From Eledone cirrhosa (lineage: Eukaryota): a DNA stretch of 64,000 bases. The notes below the pieces were generated by a model that did not search any database, was not told the origin of the DNA, and saw only the letters and a program-made list of their open reading frames with translations. The stretch covers positions 123,938,001 through 124,002,000 of the forward strand of contig OZ024745.1 in NCBI GenBank assembly GCA_964016885.1, in the 5' to 3' direction. This document shows, in pieces, positions 63,289 to 64,000 of this stretch (position 1 is the first letter of the stretch; each line of letters begins with the position of its first letter). The position numbers and the translations under genes are program-made.

Positions 63289-63740
63289 CAGTCCACACTG
63301 TAAAGTGGTCATGTAGGTGTCACGACACAAAGCAACCAGTCCACACTGTAAAGTGGTCGTGTAGGTGTCACGACACAAAGCAACCAGTCCACACTGTAAA
63401 GTGGTCGTGTAGGTGTCACGACACAAAGCAACCAGTCCACACTGTAAAGTGGTCGTGTAGGTGTTACGACACAAAGCAACCAGTCCACACTGTAAAGTGG
63501 TCGTGTAGGTGTCACGACACAAAGCAACCAGTCCACACTGTAAAGTGGTCGTGTAGGTGTCATGACACAAAGCAACCAGTCCACACTGTAAAGTGGTCGT
63601 GTAGGTGTCACGACACAAAGCAACCAGTCTACACTGTAAAGTGGTTGTGTAGGTGTCATGATAAAAAGCACCCAGTCCATGCTGTAAAGTAGTTGTGTAG
63701 GTGACATGGCAAAAAACATCCAGCACACACTTGTAAATGT
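63289..63740 (+). repeat. 48-bp tandem array (9 units plus a partial) expanded from the RTE 3' UTR; RTE tail continues to ~63895
   Basis: Unit cagtccacactgtaaagtggtcgtgtaggtgtcacgacacaaagcaac, homologous to 32490-32540. Confidence 0.9.
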
Positions 63741-64000
63741 GGTTGGCATTAGGAAGAGCATCCAGCCATAGAAACCAAGCCAAAATCTTCTGTGAGCGAA
63801 TCACAGTCCCCTGACCTGATCCCCTACACAGGGATAACCCGTCCTACCCATATTAATGTGGAAGATGGATGTTAAATGATGATGATGATAATGATGGGTT
63901 AGTAAATAATATATGACTATATATCTATTGAGATCTAGGAATAATTGTTTTAAAATATTAATTTGTGGTTGAGCAATCCATAAATACATGTACCCTCAGG

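Noticed and set aside
63289-63740. CRISPR-like regular repeat
   Set aside because: No unique spacers or cas genes; it is a tandem expansion of an RTE 3' UTR unit in eukaryotic DNA.

Overview
AT-rich eukaryotic DNA packed with microsatellites and transposon remnants. The repeat content (tRNA-derived SINEs, RTE LINEs with (GAT)n tails, long TA/CA tracts) looks like an octopod cephalopod genome, which is an inference. Nearly all ORFs in the track are microsatellite artefacts. The real coding sequences are a young 5'-truncated RTE LINE with an intact RT and an embedded PHD-type finger (30304-32418), a GC-rich CRE-clade fragment with a restriction-like endonuclease (15360-16457), a decayed DD37D/maT transposase (20589-21616, -) and one probable host terminal exon (26341-26658). 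Other elements include piggyBac-like TTAA MITEs (two families), Tigger/pogo, hAT and Helitron non-autonomous elements, Dong/R4-like and Vingi-like LINE ends, and several modular SINEs. Two things are most unusual. First, several short (TA)n-embedded Penelope-like remnants carry hammerhead-ribozyme motifs: one intact minimal U3-A8 variant, plus fold-back elements whose hairpins centre on the hammerhead. Second, TTAA-MITE flanking DNA is repeatedly duplicated locally, suggesting templated repair. Family names come from motif recognition by eye; no database searches were run, and edges of old elements are approximate.
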